Source of the DNA: Dictyostelium discoideum
Taxonomy: Eukaryota
Direction of reading: 5' to 3'
DNA length: 64,000 nt
Assembly (NCBI GenBank): GCA_000004695.1
Contig: CM000154.2
Location: 256,001 to 320,000, forward strand
Positions 1 through 12,910 of this stretch are shown in pieces; position 1 is the stretch's first letter; each line of letters opens with the position of its first letter. The position numbers were made by a program, and so were the translations under genes. The notes under the pieces were generated by a model. It had not been told where the DNA came from. It saw only the letters and a program-made list of their open reading frames with translations, and ran no database searches.

Positions 1-1151
1 GTTCAATTAATGGTTTTGAAAGTCTTGAAAAACCTGAATCAATTAATTGGAATGCATTTTCGAAATCAGTGATAGATGAACCAACACTTTGGAAACAAAG
101 TTTAGTATTTGATGCAACAGTTGAAACTAAACCTTCTGCCAAACCCAAAAGGAATTGACCAACATCGGTCCAACCATTTGGGTGAGAACTACTACCACCA
201 TGTGAACCACTACCACCACCACTACTACTGCTACTATATTCTGATGAACCAGTTAATGATGGATTACCTGAATAACTACCTGAACCAGTTGATGTACTAC
301 CACCACTATTTCCACCTGTAAATGATGATCCACTCATTGAATCTGATCCACTCATTGAATCTGATCCACTCATTGAATCTGAACCACTCATTGAATCTAA
401 ACGAGTTGATAATTATAATTATTATTATTATAGTGTTTCTTTTTTTTTTTTTTTTTTTTTTTTTGTTAAAAATTAAAAACTTACCTTGAGATGAACCACT
501 TCCTGAACCAGTTGTTGTAAATGATGAAGAATCAGATTGTGATGATCCTGATGATCCTGATGATCCTTGAGAACCGGTAGTAGTGAAAGATGAGGAATCA
601 GATTGTGAAGATCCTGAAGATGAAGTTGTTCCACTTGATGGACCAGATGAGGCACTACCAGATTGTGATGATTCAGATTGTGATGATTCAGATTGTGATG
701 ATCCTGAAGATGAAGTTGTTCCACTTGATGGACCAGATGAAGCATTACCAGATTGTGATGATTCAGATTGTGATGATCCTGAAGATGAAGTTGTTCCACT
801 TGATGGGCCTGATGAAGCATTACCAGATTGTGATGATCCACTTGATGATGATGATCCACTTGATGTACCTGATGATGCATTACCAGATTGTGAACCTGAT
901 GATCCTGATGATGATGATCCTGATGATGCATTACCAGATTGTGAGCCTGATGATGATCCACTTGATGATCCACTTGATGATCCACTTGATGACCCACTTG
1001 ATGATCCTGATGATGCATTACCAGATTGTGAACCTGAACTAGTATTATTTGAAGCTGATCCACTTGATGAAACAGTTCCTTTTTTTTTTTATCCAAATCA
1101 ATATTTCATTTTTAAAAATAATAATGTAAGAATTAAATAAATCCAATATTT

Positions 1152-1196
<45 letters not shown>

Positions 1197-1558
1197 AAGT
1201 GTGGTTGAACATTTCCCCAAAAACTTATTTTGTGTTTTAAAAAAAAATATAAAAATAAAAAAATGAAAATGAAAAAAAATAAAAATTCTTACCTGAAGAT
1301 TGACCAGTTCCTGACCCACTTGATGATGATCCACCACCGCTACCACTACCACTTCCACTTCCTTTTTTTTTTTTTATTAATAAAGAAATATTAATAAATA
1401 TTTCAAAATAAAAAATAAAAAAATAAAAATAAAAACTCACCTGAATTATTATTATCAAATGGATTTACTCCACCATCATTTTTAATAGAAATAGCATTTG
1501 ATAAAACTGCAAAAGCTAAAATCAAACCAACAAATAATAAAATAATATTAATTTTCAT
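1..1558 (-). CDS. Secreted Ser/Gly-rich repeat protein (3' end runs off window). Exons (minus): 1441..1558, 1293..1361, 485..1078, 1..396
   Basis: ATG at 1556-1558 followed by a hydrophobic signal peptide (MKINIILLLFVGLILAFAVLSNA). Three GTAAG/GTGAG donors lie on the minus strand (revcomp cttacc/ctcacc at 1291-1293, 1439-1440, 483-484) with AG acceptors. Codon phase is consistent across all junctions (phase 1). Exon 3 reads GSSS/GSQSGNASS repeats; exon 4 reads a (DSMSGS)x4 repeat then a non-repetitive C-terminal domain continuing past position 1. Confidence 0.6.
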
Positions 1559-1832
1559 TTTATTTTATTATATTTATAATGTGATGAAATTGTTTAAAAA
1601 AAGAAAAGAAAAAAAAAAAAAAAAAATTTAAAAAAAAAAATATTCAATCAAAAAACATAACTTTTCGAAAAGATATTTATTTTTATACTCACAAAAAATA
1701 TTTTGAAACGCCAAAGTACAATTTTATTTTTTTTTTATTTTTTTATTTTTTTATTTTTTTATTTTAAAAGCCCAGGACCAAAGTTTAAAAATATAAAAAT
1801 TATTGTAAAATAAAATATGGTTTAAAATAACT

Positions 1833-1867
<35 letters not shown>

Positions 1868-1908
1868 TGATTTTTACAATAAATATAATTTTATTTTTTT
1901 ATTTTATT

Positions 1909-3024
1909 TTATTTTGATTTATTTTTAAGTAAAAAAGTTGATCTAATTTTTGAGCCAATTAAAATTACTAAACGACCAATTCCTAATGCGAGTATGAATA
2001 AAATAAAAGCAATACCAACTCTATAGGATTCTTGAGTTAAATAAGAAAATTCGCCTAATGGTGGTGGGAATAACATATAGTTGATATTTGTACCACTTAT
2101 GAAACAAAAGATTTCAAATACAAAGAAATGTGAAATACCAAATAAACCTTGAGAAATTAATGCATATGGTAATTCAAATTCAATATTATATCTATAGGCT
2201 TGTAATAAAAATGGTGCAATTAATAATGCATAATGTTGAATGAAAAAATTATAACATTCAAATGGTAATGTTAAATCTGCTAAATCTGGTGCTACTAATG
2301 CTGCAATTCTTTTTTTTTTTTTTTTTCAATAATAAAATTAATAATTTATTTATTAATTAATTAATCTTTTTTTTTTTTTTCATCATTATTTATTTATGAT
2401 TTTAAAAATACTTACGTTACTAATATATAATAAATTGAAATTTTAAAAACTTTTCTACCAAATTGATAATTATTTGTAAGTAAACAATAACAATAGATTG
2501 TGCTAACAATATGACATGGTTGAAGCATAAAAAATACAACTCTCCAACCACGAAGACATTTATAAATAAGATTTAAAAAAACATTGATTGCTAAAATAAT
2601 TGCTACAATTTTATTTAATAAACTTGGATAATCTTTTTCTGGAATTGGTTTTGGTTTTCTTTGATTTTCATATTCTCTTTTTTTATTTAAATTAATTCCA
2701 ACTGTTTAGAAAAAAAAAAAAAAAAAAATTAATTTCAACACAAACACACCATTTAAATTTGGTTATTAATTTTATTTTTATTTTTATTTTTATTTTTATT
2801 TTATATTTATATTTTTTTATTTATATTTTTTATTTATATATTTTTTTTATTTTTTTTTTTTTTTTTTATTTTGATTACTTACTAAATATAACTACTAAAT
2901 AAAATAAATTCATAAATATAAATTCATATGCATGTTGTTCTTTTGAAAGGAACCAATGACGATGATCGATTGGGTCTGATATACTGAGAAAAGTTTCACC
3001 GATTACTTCAATTAAGTATTTCAT
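1909..3024 (-). CDS. Multi-pass membrane protein of unknown family. 3 exons: 2883..3024, 2416..2701, 1909..2308
   Basis: ATG at 3022-3024. GTAAGT donor after 2883 and GTAAG donor after 2416; AG acceptors at 2702-2703 and 2309-2310. Phases are consistent (1, 2) and there is a TAA stop at 1909-1911. The translation is dominated by hydrophobic segments (e.g. IAALVAPDLADLTLPFECYNFFIQHYALLIAPFLLQAY...GIAFILFILALGIGRLVILIG). Confidence 0.5.
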
Positions 3025-3199
3025 TTTTTATTACAATTGTATTATAAAAAAAAAGATTTTAAAAATAAAAAAAAATATAAAAAAATAAAAAAAAAAAAAA
3101 AAAAAAAATAAAAAAAATAAAAAAAAAAAAAAAAAAATTAAAAAAATTTTTTAGGAGAAAACGAATCCAAAAACGTTGGTATTCTTTGACATAAAATTG

Positions 3200-3230
<31 letters not shown>

Positions 3231-3376
3231 TAAATTCAATATCTAAATCTTTTTAATTTTTTATTTTTTTATTTTTTATTTTTTTTATTTTTATTTTTAT
3301 TTTATATTATTTTATTTTTAGATATTTGTTTTAAAATAAAAAAATAAAAAAAAAAATAACAATAATAAGAATATTT

Positions 3377-3921
3377 TTATAAAATTAAAAATGAAATTAA
3401 AATTGAAATTGCTAAAATTAAATATGAAAAAGTAAAAGAAGAAATGGCATTATTACAAATTACAAGAACTGTACAACTACCATCATTAAATTTGTGAAAT
3501 GAAGCATATGTACAATCTGGATTATCATAAGAATTATCTTGATCATTAATTGGGTATTGAATTGAATCTCCTTCAGTGAATGTACCAGATAATAAGAGCT
3601 CTTTTCCAGTTTCATTATATGACATATCAACTGTCCAAACTTGAATCTTTTCTGGATAATTTGGAATTGTATAATCATTGTAACTTGAACCAGATTTTCC
3701 ATAATCTTCAAAATATTTTGCACCACAATAACACTATAAATATAAATTAAAATAATTAATTTAAAAAAATCTTTTTTTATTTTTTCTACATCAATATTAA
3801 TTAATTTTAAAAAACTTACTTCATCACTGCAATAGCCAACCTTCAAATCAACTGATGCATTTACATTATATAAAAATACGGATAATATTAAAATAATTAC
3901 AAGTGAAAATGAATATTTCAT
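3377..3921 (-). CDS. Small secreted Cys-containing protein with a hydrophobic C-terminus (GPI-anchor-like). 2 exons: about 3818..3921 and 3377..3725
   Basis: ORF track 3460..3921 starts MKYSFSLVIILILSVFLYNVNAS (signal peptide). A GTAAG donor lies on the minus strand at about 3815 (revcomp cttacttc) and a ...tttatag acceptor at about 3726. Exon 2 ends ...SFTFSYLILAISILISFLIL*. Confidence 0.45.
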
Positions 3922-4566
3922 TTTTTTTTTTATTTTTTTTTATTTTATTTTTTTTTATTTGTTTTACAAGTTTTTATTTTTTATTTATTGTTTAAAATAA
4001 ATGAAATGAAAAATGGAAAAACGCCCCTTAAATAACAAAAAAATAAAAAAAAAAAGAAAACAAAATCAAAAACAAAAACAAAAAAAAAAAAAAAAAATTA
4101 TAATAAAAAAACAAAAGAAAAAAAACAAATTAAATATCTTCACCATTTTGTTTCTTTTTTTTTTTTTATTATAATAAAATAAAAAGATATTTTTTTTTTA
4201 TGACAGGTTAAAACAAGGTTTCATCAAAAATATCTTTTTTTATTTTTTTTTTAATTTTATTATTTTTTTTTTTTTTTGGATTCAAAAAAATATCCTAAAA
4301 AAAAAAAGTAATTTCAGAGAAAACTTAAAAGTAAATATTATTTGGCTTTAAATTTAACTAATGACACATAACATCAAATTACATCATCTGAGAATCATTT
4401 TTTCTGATACCAAAAAATTAATAATTTAAATTAAACACTTAAAAAAAAATAGTGAAAGTTTTTAAAAAAAAAAAAAACAAATTATATATTAATCTTTTAC
4501 AATTATTATAAAAAAAAAGTGTTTAAATTATTTATTTATTAATTTATTTTAAAAATTTTACTTCAA

Positions 4567-4598
<32 letters not shown>

Positions 4599-4618
4599 CC
4601 ATTATTATTTATTTATTT

Positions 4619-6436
4619 TTAAATCTCTTCTTCATCACTATCACCAGAATAACTTAAAGCAGCAGATGGTCTTCTTTTAAATATTGAAACAGCTAAACCT
4701 AAAATAAAAGTTGCAACAATTACCCAAGTACCATAATAAAATACAATACCAAAGAAAGAAATACCTAATTGAATACGTGAAGTTAAAAGACCAATTTCTG
4801 ACATAATACAAAGATCTGTTGGTGCATTAATTGTACATGGTATAACTGAAGTACCATTCAAATAGACTTGAGCACCATACATAACATATCTTGGTGCTAA
4901 ATTTACAATTTGCATATTTAAACATAAATTACTTAACATTAATAACACTGATGCAAGTAATAAACCTTGTGGGAAAGTTTTACGATATCCAAATTCAAAC
5001 ATCTTTAAATAAAATAAAGAGTTAATAAAGATTCCATTATTTTTAAAATTAAAACAAATAAATAAATAAACTTACATTAATCCATAAAAATCTAATACCA
5101 ATTCTAGTGATACCAGATAAAGTACAAGAATAAATGAAAAATATTAAACCACCAATAATGATATAATCCAATGGGAAATATGGGGCCAATTTGGTGAGAA
5201 TGATATCGAATGGATTTTTCAATTGTGGATAAGTTGAAAGGAAACCGCAAGCCGAACCACAGACACTACTTGAGATTTTATCGACCAACGATAAGACGAT
5301 GGAGATAATGATCAATAAAGAGACCAAGATAAAGATGAAACCAAAAATGAATGCAAATGGTCTAAAGATGACTAAAATCTTTCTAAATCCTTTGTTTGAA
5401 TTATCCAATCTTTCTGAACGTTTTGATAATGCTCTTTCCTTACCCCTCAACAATGAGAGGGTGCTTTGTTCTTTTTCTGATAATGATTTGCCCGATGCAT
5501 ACTTTGATGAATAGAAACTACTCTTTTCTTTAGCTTTCCAAAGATCCTTATTGATGTCGGATTTATCGTCATCGGTTCTCTTCTTACCTTTGATCAAACC
5601 AATTGGGAATGCTGATAACCCATAGGATGTGTAGACCGCAAACACCAAGAAACCCAATACTGTCAAACATGAAATAGCAAAAAGTACCGATGATTCAATA
5701 GCATTTTGATTGAGTACTTCATCATTGATCCAATCCTTTACATTTTGATCATCGATTGGTTTAGATCCTGGTCTAACAAATGCACCAACAACCAATAATA
5801 TAATTGTAAACAATATGAAAAATATTGTAAATTTACATCCTGCATAAACTCTTGAACATGTTGGAATATTTTCATCATATTCTTCATGATAAAAATATGC
5901 AAATGGTACTAAAATTAGTGAAACTCCTAAAATTGATCCATATAATACTATAAAAAAAATAAAAAATAAAAAAAAAAAAATTTATAAAAATAAATTAATA
6001 TTTTGTGTGTGGTGTATTTTTTTTTTTTTAATAACAATAAAACTTACTATAATATAACATTTTAACACCTTCAGTTCTTTGAGAGATTGAATATGGTGAA
6101 ATTTGTGTACCATCACTATGTGACATTGTTGAAACATTTAAAATATCAACTGGAATAAGCATAACACATAAAAGTGTTAATGTAAGTCCAATTACTGAAA
6201 TGATTGTTGTAATTTTTCCACTTTCATGTTTATCTGAGTAATATTTAACTATAAAATAATTTAATGCAATTAACGTCTTTTTTTTTTTTTTAATAAAAAA
6301 AAAAATTAATATATGTTATTATTGTTTTTTTTAATTTATATATTTTTATGGTAGCAGTATTTGTAAAGTGATGAATTAAAAAAAAAAGATATTTACGAGA
6401 AGAACACCTGCAAATGCTATCCACCCTACTGAAATG
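4619..6436 (-). CDS. lmbd1: LMBR1-domain protein, orthologue of LMBD1 (lysosomal cobalamin transporter escort). Exons about: 6395..6436, 6049..6282, 5806..5945, 5075..5805, 4619..5002
   Basis: I recognise strong similarity to human LMBD1 from memory: PYFPLDYIIIGGLIFFIYSCTLSGITRIGIRFLWI against PLLQTVFPLDYILITIIIMYFIFTSMAGIRNIGIWFFWI; APRYVMYGAQVYL against APQYVMYGSQNYL; and an acidic C-terminal tail YSGDSDEEEI. The N-terminal exon reads MFPISVGWIAFAGVLLV and exon 2 contains LLCVMLIPVDILNVS (compare LPVDIFLVS). Minus-strand GTAAG donors at about 5070-5074, 6044-6048 and 6395. The ORF-track pieces 5049..5813 and 4619..5002 are parts of this gene. Confidence 0.6.
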
Positions 6437-7391
6437 GGAAACATTCTTTTTTTTACTTTTGTTTTATTTATATATAAATAAGAATTTTATATAGAGTTTT
6501 TTTTATTTTTTATTTTTTCTGTTTTTCTTATCTCTTTTATTTTTGTGGTGTGTGTAATTTTGGGAAACAATTGCAATAAAAAAATAAAAATAAAAAAAAT
6601 AAAAAATAAAATAAAATTTTTAAAAATTTTTTTGTTTTTTTTTTTTTCTTTTTTTTTTTTTTTCTTTTTTTTTTAATTTATAATTTTTTTTTATTTTTTT
6701 AATTTTTTTTTTTGGTAAAAACATAACAAATTTCCCATTTGAGCTTCAGATCGGAAATAAAATTTTTTTTTTTTTTTTTTTTTTACTAGGTTTTAATTTT
6801 ACCAATTTTTTTTTTTTGTATTTTTATTTTTACCTTTTTTTATATTCCAAAAAAGATATTTGTAAATATGGTAGATTTTTTTTTTTTTTTTTTTTTTTTA
6901 TATTAAAATTATTCATAAATTAAAAAGAAAAATAATGTAAAAACAATACAAATTCATAATAATAATAATGTTTGTTCAATATTATTATTTTTTTGGTAAA
7001 TACTCTGAATAAACCAATAAAGTGTAAGTGTTTTTTAATTCATTGAATATTTCCCAAAATTGATTTGAAAAAAGATTTTTTTTTTTTAAATTTTTTTTTT
7101 TTTAATTTAAATTATTTTTTTTTTTGATTTGTTTTTTAATCAAAAAAAAAAAAAAAAAGATTTTTATTAATTTAAAAACCTTTTTTTTTTTTCACATTAC
7201 TCAAAAAAAAAAAATATATATATATTAATAAATATATAAAAAAAAAAAAATAAACAAATAAAAAAATAAAAAAAATAAAAAAAAAATAAAAATAAAAAAA
7301 AAAAAAAAAATAAAAAAAAAAAATAAAAAAAAAAAAAAATATAAAACTTGCATTACAAAATAAAATAATATATTAAAAAAAATAAATAAAA

Positions 7392-7556
7392 ATGAAAAAC
7401 ATTTTTAAAGATAAAAATATTTATATTTTATCAGTTGAGAATGATCAAAGAGATAAATGTAAATCTTATTTAATTTCAAAAAAAGCTTTGGTTGAAAAAA
7501 GATTTTCAAAAAAGGTAAATAAAAATATTTTAATATTTAAAAAAACAATACATTTC

Positions 7557-7594
<38 letters not shown>

Positions 7595-10500
7595 AACATA
7601 TTTCCATTTTTTTATTTTTATTTTTTTAAAGGTGAATATTATAATAACAAGTGAAAAAACTATTTTGGAAAATAAATTTCCAGTTAATACTGCAACCAAA
7701 TTGGGTATAGAGATAATTGATTATGAAACTTTATCAAGAGATATTGAAAGATTTATTAGAAAAACTCAACCAACATCATCAAATGGTTCAACATCAACAA
7801 CAACAACAACAACAACAACAACACAAAAAGGTCAAATTGTATCATTTAAACCAACTTCATCAACCTCAACAACAACAAATGTAATTAATACAACAACAAC
7901 ATCAACAACATCAACAACAACAATTGTTGATCCAATTATATCATTAATAGTACCACCATCAGGTAGTAATAATGGATCATTTCAAATTGCAATATTTGGA
8001 ATTGGATTTTTAGCAGGAGCAGGATTTAGAATTAAAATTGGTAATGATAATGGTGGTGGTGGTGTTTTTGCAAGTAATTATGAATTTCATTCAAGTACAT
8101 CAGTTTTATGTACCATACCAAACTTAAATATTAAATGTGGTCAACAACCAATTTATGCAAGTAATGATGGTGGTAAAACTTTTGGATTTCCAATTCAATT
8201 TTTATTCTTTGACACATCAATCCATAGAATACCAACAGCAAGAGAACAAGATGGTATGGTATTAAAGAGTCAATTGGATAATTTAAAGAGAGCCATTTCA
8301 AATATTCAAACTATGGAATCAATTCTAATGAGACGTATTTCATTATTGAATGGTAATCATGATGATAGTAAATCAATTGAACAGATTTTCATTCAACAAC
8401 AAAATTTCATTGAAAGTGGTGCATCACAATTATTACTTGGTAATGGTGGTACCACCGATCAATTGTTACAAAGTCTTGAGGGTTCAGAATATTCAAGTAC
8501 AAACGATGATGGTGAAAACGATCAATCAGACGACGATGACGACAATGAAGATGATGATGATTTCGTTGAAAAGAATTCAAATCAAGTTAAAGAAGAATTT
8601 TCAGAGAGAGAAATTAAAATATTTATTTCATCACCATTTAAAGATATGCAATTGGATCGTGACCAAATTGTAAAGGTCGTAATACCAAGAATTAGAAAAC
8701 TTTGTATTGAAAGGGACATTGTATTGAGTTATGTCGATCTTAGATGGGGTGTAACAAGTAATCAATCTGAACAATCCACTGGTTTAAGTATGTGTTTGAA
8801 AGAATTGGAGAAATGTAATATTTTAATTGGTTTATTTGGTGAACGTTATGGTTGGTCATCGCAAGAGAAACAAGATCCAAAATCACAACAATTACTTCAA
8901 TCAACATTAGATCGTGCAATTCAAGATTTCCCATGGGTAAAGAATTATCGTGATTCAAGTATCACTGAAATTGAATTTCGTATGCTTTTGAACCAAAGAC
9001 AACAACAAAGAAATGGTTTCTTTTATTTCCGTGATCCATACTATCTCGAGGAGGTTAGTCAAATGGATAAAAATAATTTCGTTTCAGAAGGTCAAAGATC
9101 AAAAGAGAAACTTGAGAAACTTAAACAAGAAATCATTAAATCACCCTTTAAATCATCGGAATATCGTCGTCCAACCAATTTATCAGATGTACTCTATGAG
9201 GATTTAGAGAAATATATTGATAAAAAATATCCATCTGGTAATTGTGAATTAAAAGGTTTTGAAAAAGAACGTTTCTTACATTCAGTTTTCATTAAAAATT
9301 TAACAAAAATTTATATTACAAATGAAAATTATTTTATGGAAATTGATACTTATTTATCAGGAAGTGCTACTAGTAGTGGTAGTGGTAATAAAAGTATTTC
9401 AATTGGTTCAAGTATTAATAGTGGACTATTATCATCTTTAAAAAATAAACCAGTATTTTTAATTCAAGGTGAAAGTGGTTCAGGTAAATCATCATTAATT
9501 AGTAATTGGTTAAAACAACATAAAGAACAACATCCAGAAGATTTAGTTGTATCACATTGGATTGGTGCATCACCAAGTTCAAATAAATTTACATCAATTT
9601 TAATTAGAATTATGAATGAAATTAAAAATCAAATTGAAATTGATCAAAAGATTGCCAATGGTGGATCAAATTCCTCATCGTCATCGTCATCATCAATGTT
9701 TTCAACCACTTCAACATCTTCTGTATCATGGTTACCAGAAATACCAGATGAAACATTTGAAAGTGAAAAAATTGTTTCAGAATTCCCACAATTTTTACAA
9801 TATGTAATGTCACATCCATCATTGAATGGTAAGAGATTAGTATTGTTAATTGATGGTTTAGATAAATTAGATCCAAGAGAGAATAGTCAAGAGTTAATAT
9901 GGTTCCCAAGAAATTTCCCTCATAATGTAAAGGTTATTGTTTCATCGATTCAAGGTAGTAGACAAAGTGAGGTTCTAAAGAAGAGAGGATCTCATATTCT
10001 TTCGATTTTACCATTCACTGAAGCTGAAAGAAAATCAATGGTACGTTTATACCTTCAAAAATATGCAAAGAAATTATCAGATCAACAAGAGATTGCAATC
10101 GCTATTTCAAAATCAACAACAAATCCAAGATTCCTTCAATTACTTCTCGATGATATTTTGGTATTTGGTGATTACGAACGTTTAAATGACCGTATTAAAA
10201 CTTTACTTCGTGCAAAGAATACAAGTGAACTCTATGAAATCATTTTAGACCGTATTGAAAAAGATTATGATCCAAAAGCAAAGGGTTTAGTAAGTGAATT
10301 CTTAAAATACATTTGGGCCGGTAGAAGAGGTGTTGAAATGTCTATGCTTTCAACATTACTCTTGAAAAAGAATATCGATCCAGCTGAATGGGGTTCATTA
10401 TTGGTATTGATGGAAGCTTATATCACTTCTTCATCGGGTGTTATCTCTTTCCTTAATGATGATATTTCAAAAGCTGTCGAAAAGAAGTATATTACAACTC

Positions 10501-12500
10501 CAAAGATTGGTATTGAAATTCATACCAATTTAGCAGAGGCTTTCGAACAATCTGGTGACTTAAATGAAAGAAAGGTTGAGGAATATCCTTATCAATTATT
10601 AAAGAGTGAAAATTGGGAATCATTAAAAAATACCTTAACCAATCTTTACGTATTCGATAAACTCTATACACCAAATCATAAGGTTGATCTCATCAATTAT
10701 TGGAATGTATTGGAGAAACAAACTAAACCACCAAAGAATGCTGCAGAAAGAGATGATCCAATACCATACAATTGTTCAAATGAATTTAAGGCAATCATTT
10801 CACGTTCATTCATTCAAGCATCTGGTTTGGTAATTTCCGATGTTTGGTTTAGAGTTGCATCGTTCCTTGAAGAGTTATCTCAATTTGATGGTGCCGAAGT
10901 ACTCTACAATAAATGTCGTGAACTTTATATTAACAATTCTCAAAATATTGAAGCTGCAAAAGTTGATCGTGCAATGGGTAGAATGTATCTAACAATGGGC
11001 CAAAATGATAAATCCGATAGTAAATTCAGATTGGCACTTTCAATCTACACAAAAGAAAGAGGTCAAGAAGATATTGAAGTTGCAATCACTCTTAATCTCT
11101 TGGGTACTCTTGCCACTAATAGATGTAAATTCGATGAAGCTAAACAAATTCTCAATCAAGCTATGAACATTTGTGAATCCAAATATGAAAGCAACGTTTT
11201 ACTCATTGCTGATATTGCCTATAGTTTGGGTTCAGTTTGTTTCGTTGAACCAAATCGTAAATTAGAGGTTGCTGAAGCTTACTTTGCAAGATCATTAGAA
11301 TTAACTGAATCAAAAGTTGGTGATATGGATGTTGCTTATGCTCGTATTTTAACTCGTTTAGGTTCATTGAATATTGAAAAGGATACCTATGCCGATGCAG
11401 AGGCATTCTTTAAAGCTGCCCTTAAAATCTATGAAGCTAGATTGGGTATTGATCATTCTAGAGTTTCTCAAATTCTTAGACATATGATTTCCCTCTATGA
11501 GGTTCAAGAAAACTATAAAATGGCTGAACAATGTTGTATCAGAGCTTTGGCAATCACAAAGAAAATCTATGGTAACTCTCATAATCTTGTATCGGCCACT
11601 CAAATCCGTCAAGCTTTATTATATAATTCAATGAATAGAAAACAAGATTGTCTCAATCTATTGAATGAAGTTAAAGTTACAAGAGAGAAAGAATTTGGTC
11701 CTGATCATAAACAAGTTAAACATATTATTGATTTAATTAAAGAAATTGATAAACCAATCGTACCAAAAGCTCCACCTCCACCACCTCCATCATCATCATC
11801 GCCATCTGCTTCATCACTTTTAATGAAATCAATTACTTCATTACCAATTGTAAATGGTCAAGCAGTTCTATCTGTTCCAAAACCACCAGTTTCCAGAGGA
11901 CCAAATGGTATCCCAATCCCACCACCACCTCCACCAACAATTAAATTGTACACAAACATGGTATCACTTCAAAGTGTTATGAAACAAAATGTTGGAAGAA
12001 TTCCAGTTGCTCAACCAACTTCATTCAATTCTCCAGTTCAACCACCTTCACCTCGTACTCAACAAGCTATTCAACAAGGTCAACAACAACGTCAACAAGT
12101 TCAACAACAACAACAACAAGTTCAACAACAAATGTCTCAAAAAGTTTCATCACTACAACAACAACCACAACAACAACAACAACAACAACCATCACAAGGT
12201 TATGGTAATCGTCAAAATACTCCATTATTCCAACAACCAATTTTCCAACAACAGTTCCAACAAAATCGTATACAACAACCACAACAACAACCACAACAAC
12301 AAGCTTATGTTGGTGATATGTTGGCTCAATTTGATCAACAAAAACTTAAACGTGTTCAAAATGCAAATGATCGTAGTGGTGCTTCTCAAATCGTTGAAAA
12401 TTTAATTGGTAAAAAGAAATGTAGTAAACCAGTTTCACTTGTAAATAAAGGTTATATGGAAGAATCAAATCAAATAGATATGGGTGCTCTATTTGATTAA
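7392..12500 (+). CDS. STAND-class NTPase: N-terminal BRCT-like segment, IPT/TIG domain, acidic linker, DUF4062, NACHT P-loop NTPase, kinesin-light-chain-type TPR array, poly-Pro, polyQ, C-terminal WH2-like motif. 2 exons: 7392..7514, 7632..12500
   Basis: Motifs read directly from the translation:
- IPT/TIG-like beta-sandwich: PIISLIVPPSGSNNGSFQIAIFGIGF...VLCTIPN...
- DUF4062 start motif: KIFISSPFKDMQLDRD
- Walker A: FLIQGESGSGKSSLISNWL
- NACHT-type Walker B: RLVLLIDGLDKLD, followed by KVIVSSIQGSR
- More than 8 TPR-like helices from about residue 1130 to 1420
- PPPPPPSSSSP and PPPPPPTIKLY
- (Q)n
- DMLAQFDQQKLKRVQNA
A candidate intron 7515..7631 (GTAAAT...AAAG, 117 nt) keeps the frame; the ORF track reads through it. 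Confidence 0.7.
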
Positions 12501-12579
12501 TAAAAAAAAAACCTTTTCTAATTATTGTAAAATAAAATTTAAACTTAATTTTAAATTCATATTAGAGTTATTATTATTA

Positions 12580-12631
<52 letters not shown>

Positions 12632-12782
12632 TTATATCATTTGATTTATTACTACTAGTTACGCCATTTGACAAAGCATTTTCATAGATTGAACTTTTTG
12701 ATAGTTCCATCAAGGCCTGAAATAAAAGTTTTGTTTCATAACTCTACTATCCATAAAATATATATATGTTTATTATTTCAAA

Positions 12783-12790
12783 TTTATTAC

Positions 12791-12884
<94 letters not shown>

Positions 12885-12886
12885 TT
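12783..12886. repeat. (TTA)n microsatellite, about 34 units; a shorter (TTA)n lies at 12574..12630
   Basis: Perfect trinucleotide repeats in the 3' flank of the STAND gene. They generate the spurious poly-L, poly-Y and poly-N ORFs in the track. Confidence 0.9.
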
Positions 12887-12910
12887 GTAATTTTGACCAT
12901 AGATGAACAA

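Noticed and set aside
473-1140. ORF-track proteins 583..1140 (+, acidic DCDDSDCDD repeat), 590..1042 (+) and 473..1096 (-, HQVDHQ repeat)
   Set aside because: They are alternative frames of the Ser-rich repeat exon. Only the Ser-rich minus frame connects through GT-AG introns to a signal-peptide exon with consistent phase.
3460-3921. Assignment of the small secreted protein at 3377..3921 to the ponticulin family
   Set aside because: It has only a generic signal peptide plus a hydrophobic C-terminus and no recognisable sequence similarity from memory, so it is left unnamed.
7466-7699. Minus-strand ORF 7466..7699 and the K-rich read-through inside the STAND gene ORF
   Set aside because: They lie in the candidate 117-nt intron and are generated by an A/T homopolymer run.
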